From: a virus
Taxonomy: Duplodnaviria > Caudoviricetes
Length of the DNA: 30,122 nucleotides
Virus record (IMG/VR): IMGVR_UViG_3300031519_000145
Span: 1-30,122 of that record
Strand: one strand, 5' to 3'
The notes below the pieces were generated by a model that worked only from the letters and a program-made list of their open reading frames with translations, did no database searches and had not been told where the DNA came from. Within the stretch, counting starts at the first letter, position 1. Every line of letters starts with the position of its first letter. This document shows positions 26,847 through 30,122 of this stretch, in pieces. A program made the translations under genes and the position numbers.

Positions 26847-27383
26847 TTGGCAACACACGGTACTATCGACTTAGAAACTATTGATACTAGTCCAACTGCA
26901 ACTGTTCTATCATTAGGTGCAGTTAAGTTTAATCCACTAGATGATAGCGAACCACACTCTGAGTTGTATCTTAAAATTAATATCGATGAACAAGATACAC
27001 TAGGGCGTACTGCAAGTGACAGCACGATTGAATGGTGGAGCAAACAAGACCCTAAGATTATGGAAGAAGCATTTGATCAAACTGACGCAGTTAGTGTAGA
27101 TGAAGCTTTAAAGCAAATTAGCAAATGGGTAGTTGGTGTTGATACATTATGGGGTCAAGGTTACGGTTTTGACTATACCATACTAGAAGACATGTTCCGC
27201 CGCGCTGCAAAGCCGATTCCGTGGAACTTTTGGATTATACGGGATTCTAGAACGCTTTTTGGCTGTTGTCAAAAAGATCCACGCAAAGCAATGCAAAGTA
27301 ATTTACACAATGCATTGGCAGATGCATATTTTCAATCTAAAGCAATTCAAATTGCTTATAACGAATTAGGACTAAAACGATGA
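26847..27383 (+). CDS. DEDDh 3'-5' exonuclease (Rv2179c/RNase AS-like)
   Basis: IDLET, SLGAVKF, TIEWW, GFDYTIL, RDSRT and HNALADA; TTG start with SD AAGGAG. Confidence 0.85.
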   Translation: MATHGTIDLETIDTSPTATVLSLGAVKFNPLDDSEPHSELYLKINIDEQDTLGRTASDSTIEWWSKQDPKIMEEAFDQTDAVSVDEALKQISKWVVGVDTLWGQGYGFDYTILEDMFRRAAKPIPWNFWIIRDSRTLFGCCQKDPRKAMQSNLHNALADAYFQSKAIQIAYNELGLKR

Positions 27384-27541
27384 TTCCAGAACCCAAACCG
27401 CAAAATGTAAGCGATAAACTAATACAAGAATTTTTAGAAAACGGCGGTGAAATTATACAATGTGAATCCGGCGCACGGACAGAAGACATTGACTTTAAAG
27501 GTAGCTTCTACGGTAAAAGAAAAAAGAAAAAAGAAGAATGA
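27380..27541 (+). CDS. SutA-like small RNA-polymerase-binding protein (53 aa)
   Basis: MIPEPKPQNVSDKLIQEFLENGGEIIQCESGARTEDIDFKGSFYGKRKKKKEE; ATGA overlap; EFLxxGGxIxx motif. Not in the ORF track. Confidence 0.6.
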   Translation: MIPEPKPQNVSDKLIQEFLENGGEIIQCESGARTEDIDFKGSFYGKRKKKKEE

Positions 27542-27687
27542 CAAATAACATTAAACGTGTTAAACTAAGTGACATGTTAGATGATGACAGTGACATCATG
27601 AACGAACTAGTAGATAAATTTATAGATCAATACGGAGATGAACTTGAAAGAATTATGGGTAGAGAAGTACCGTCCAAAGACGGTTGA
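27538..27687 (+). CDS. small acidic hypothetical protein (49 aa)
   Basis: ATGA overlap; MTNNIKRVKLSDMLDDDSDIMNELVDKFIDQYGDELERIMGREVPSKDG; overlaps the clamp loader start by 50 nt. Confidence 0.5.
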   Translation: MTNNIKRVKLSDMLDDDSDIMNELVDKFIDQYGDELERIMGREVPSKDG

Positions 27688-28558
27688 CGGATATGTGTTT
27701 CGCGATGAAGCACAGCGTAAACAAGTAGCAACCTGGATTGCAGACAAAAGTATTCCGCATTTATTGTTTAGTGGCGCTGCTGGCATTGGTAAGACAACGT
27801 TAGCTAAACTATTATTTAATGAACTAGATCTTAATCCGTTAGATATTTTAGAAATTAACGCATCACGCACAAACAGTGTAGAAGACGTTCGTAATAAAAT
27901 TGTTAATTTTGTACAAATGATTCCGTTTGGTGACTTTAAAGTTGTGCTACTTGACGAGGCTGATTACTTGTCGCCTAACGCACAAGCAGCACTACGTGGT
28001 GTGATGGAAGAATATCACACAACAGCAAGATTTGTTTTGACATGTAATTATGAGAACAGAATTATTCCTGCTATTCATAGTCGTTGTCAAGGCTTTCATA
28101 TTGCTAAGGTTGATCAGACAGAGTTTACGGCACGCCTTGCAACTATTCTTATTACAGAAGGCATTACTCCGGACTTAGACACACTTGACACTTATGTTAA
28201 AGCTACATATCCAGACTTACGCAAATGTATTAATACAGTACAAATGAATGTTGTCGACGGAGAATTAGTTAGACCTAACGAAGGCGACACTGGTTCAGCT
28301 GACTGGAAGCTTGAGATGGTTGAACTGTTTAAAGCAGGTAAAATCCAAGAAGCACGTAAACTATTGTGTGGTGCAGTTCGTCCGGAGGAAATGGAAGAGA
28401 TATACCGTTGGTTATACGATAACATTGAGCTGTTCGGAAGTGACGAGCAACAAGACACCGCAGTGCTAACTATTAAACAAGGATTAGTAGATCATACATT
28501 GGTTGCAGATCCGGAGATTAACTTAGCAGCAACGCTAATTAGACTTGCGAGAATTTAA
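27638..28558 (+). CDS. sliding-clamp loader AAA+ subunit (RFC small / T4 gp44-like)
   Basis: LWVEKYRP, Walker A GAAGIGKTT, EINAS, Walker B LLDEAD, AQAALR, SRC and PDLRKCIN. Confidence 0.92.
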   Translation: MNLKELWVEKYRPKTVDGYVFRDEAQRKQVATWIADKSIPHLLFSGAAGIGKTTLAKLLFNELDLNPLDILEINASRTNSVEDVRNKIVNFVQMIPFGDFKVVLLDEADYLSPNAQAALRGVMEEYHTTARFVLTCNYENRIIPAIHSRCQGFHIAKVDQTEFTARLATILITEGITPDLDTLDTYVKATYPDLRKCINTVQMNVVDGELVRPNEGDTGSADWKLEMVELFKAGKIQEARKLLCGAVRPEEMEEIYRWLYDNIELFGSDEQQDTAVLTIKQGLVDHTLVADPEINLAATLIRLARI

Positions 28559-28915
28559 ATGACATACTTAGTATTAGATAACTGTGTTAAATGCAAACAT
28601 ATGGACTGTGTAGAAGTTTGTCCAGTAGACTGTTTTTACGAAGGTGAAAACATGCTTGTAATTAATCCAGACGAATGTATTGACTGTGGAGTGTGCGAGC
28701 CTGAATGCCCAGTTGATGCAATTGTTCCAGACAACTCGTTTAACGATCCAAGTGAAGCTATTCGATGGGAAGAAATTAACAGACAGTATAGTTTAATATG
28801 GCCTGTTATTACAACAGCACGTCCAGATGATGTGCCTAAAGATGCAGCGGAATGGAATGGTGTTCCTAATAAGTTTGAAGACCATTTTGACCCAGCACCA
28901 GGAAAGGGAGACTAA
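28559..28915 (+). CDS. fdxA: 7Fe ([3Fe-4S]+[4Fe-4S]) ferredoxin, FdxA type
   Basis: [21 protein letters not shown] and [12 protein letters not shown]; the tail WNGVPNKF...PGKGD resembles alphaproteobacterial FdxA. Confidence 0.92.
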   Translation: MTYLVLDNCVKCKHMDCVEVCPVDCFYEGENMLVINPDECIDCGVCEPECPVDAIVPDNSFNDPSEAIRWEEINRQYSLIWPVITTARPDDVPKDAAEWNGVPNKFEDHFDPAPGKGD

Positions 28916-29124
28916 TGTTTAGTAAACAATGTAAACTACATCTCAAAAATACAAATATGACGGCTATGCAACACATGGTGCATGCTCTTAAAATTGCATT
29001 GAAATTACAACTGCTAGTACCAGCAATTATTATACACAGTGTTGCTCCTAGAGTATTTACTACTATAGCAAGCGATACTATGAAAAGGATATTAGATGAC
29101 AATCAAAGCAATTCTAGCATGTGA
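28915..29124 (+). CDS. small His-containing membrane-associated protein (DUF6356-like)
   Basis: HLKNTNMTAMQHMVHAL...IIHSVAPRVFTTIAS pattern; coupled to fdxA by TAATG. Confidence 0.55.
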   Translation: MFSKQCKLHLKNTNMTAMQHMVHALKIALKLQLLVPAIIIHSVAPRVFTTIASDTMKRILDDNQSNSSM

Positions 29125-29593
29125 CGACTACGGCGGCGTAAGTAAAAACGGTACACTACCTTGGCCAAACAACAGCACAGATCTTAAATGGTTTAAAGAC
29201 AATACAGTTGGTGATGTTGTTGTAATGGGATCAACAACATGGGTAGATCCGCACATGCCTCGGCCTTTACCTAAGCGTAAAAATGTAGTAGTAACTACTC
29301 GCGTAACACAGCTACCAGGTGCACACTATTATATATCAGGTGACTTAGTTGAACAAATTCATAATGTTCAAGAAATATGTCCTGATCAAACTATTTGGAT
29401 AATTGGTGGTCCTAATATTATTGAACAAACACTAGGAGTGATCGAAGAGTTTTATCTAAGTCGTATTCCAGGGGCATACGCTTGTGATACATTCCTTCCA
29501 TTGAAGAAGATTGAAAGTTTGTTTTATCGTAGCTGGATAGAAGAGGAAGATGACGTAACATTTGAAATTTGGAAAAAGCGGGGAACTAAATGA
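29096..29593 (+). CDS. folA: dihydrofolate reductase
   Basis: GTLPWP, DLKWFK, VVMGSTTW, PLPKRKNVVVT, WIIGG and CDTFLP. Confidence 0.92.
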   Translation: MTIKAILACDDYGGVSKNGTLPWPNNSTDLKWFKDNTVGDVVVMGSTTWVDPHMPRPLPKRKNVVVTTRVTQLPGAHYYISGDLVEQIHNVQEICPDQTIWIIGGPNIIEQTLGVIEEFYLSRIPGAYACDTFLPLKKIESLFYRSWIEEEDDVTFEIWKKRGTK

Positions 29594-30122
29594 AGCAGTA
29601 TTTAGATGCCCTAGAGCATATATTAGAGAACGGTGAAGACGTAAGTGATCGCACAGGTGTAGGCACACGTAGCGTGTTTGGGTATCAAATGCGCTTTAAT
29701 TTGCGTGATAGTTTTCCCGCAGTAACTACTAAGCGGCTTGCCTGGAAAAGTGTTGTAAGCGAACTACTGTGGTTCTTAGAAGGTAGTACAGACGAGCGCA
29801 GGCTTGCTGAAATACTATTTGAAAAGGATCGCAACGAGCTTACAGATAAGAATACTATTTGGACTGCTAATGCCGATGTACAAGGTAAAGCATTAGGTTA
29901 TCGAAATGACGACGAGCATAAGTTCCTAGGCCCGGTCTACGGATCGCAGTGGCGTAACTTTGGATCGTTTGATCAGATTGAAACTATTATCGATCAGCTT
30001 AAAAATGATCCAGACAGTAGACGTATTATTCTTAACGCCTGGAATGTTCCTGAGATTCCAGATATGGCACTACCGCCGTGTCATACTATGAGTCAATTTA
30101 AAGTTATTAATGGCAAACTAAG
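29590..30122 (+). CDS. thyA: thymidylate synthase (partial, runs off the window end)
   Basis: ATGA overlap with DHFR; MKQYL...DRTGVGT...FPAVTTK...ELLWFLEG...LGPVYGSQWR...SRRII...MALPPCH. Not in the ORF track because there is no stop in the window. Confidence 0.95.
   Translation, partial: MKQYLDALEHILENGEDVSDRTGVGTRSVFGYQMRFNLRDSFPAVTTKRLAWKSVVSELLWFLEGSTDERRLAEILFEKDRNELTDKNTIWTANADVQGKALGYRNDDEHKFLGPVYGSQWRNFGSFDQIETIIDQLKNDPDSRRIILNAWNVPEIPDMALPPCHTMSQFKVINGKL

Noticed and set aside
602-29668. Remaining short minus-strand and alternate-frame ORFs in the track
   Set aside because: They are shadows of well-supported plus-strand genes, with no initiation signals or motifs.
1-30122. tRNA, rRNA, introns, transposases or integrases
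   Set aside because: Intergenic gaps are too short and no cloverleaf, intron or mobile-element signature was seen. The visible part of thyA is uninterrupted.

Overview
A gene-dense, AT-rich, almost entirely plus-strand segment of a large tailed dsDNA phage (T4-superfamily-like myovirus). The host is probably an aquatic alphaproteobacterium, inferred from the 7Fe ferredoxin and Fpr. The left part (1-8.6 kb) holds accessory genes: two glycosyltransferase-like ORFs, a QueD-like enzyme with a structured 5' leader, ferredoxin-NADP reductase, UvsE, IscA, and small membrane and Zn-finger proteins. The middle (8.7-24.5 kb) is a virion tail/baseplate block: a 2890-aa protein, a 908-aa YadA-like repeat fibre, a 923-aa Ig-like repeat protein and smaller partners. 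The right part (24.5-30.1 kb) has replication and nucleotide genes: a split DnaE fragment, a 2OG-Fe oxygenase-like ORF, GroES, MazG-like, a DEDDh exonuclease, a SutA-like ORF, the clamp loader, FdxA, DHFR and ThyA. Two promoter classes are visible: sigma70 TTGACA-17-TATAAT and a late-type (A)TAAATA motif, several of them leaderless. The most striking observation is two phycobiliprotein-like modules inside the giant virion protein that keep the bilin-attachment C-x-R-D motif at exact spacing. All assignments come from motif recognition by eye; no database searches were run.
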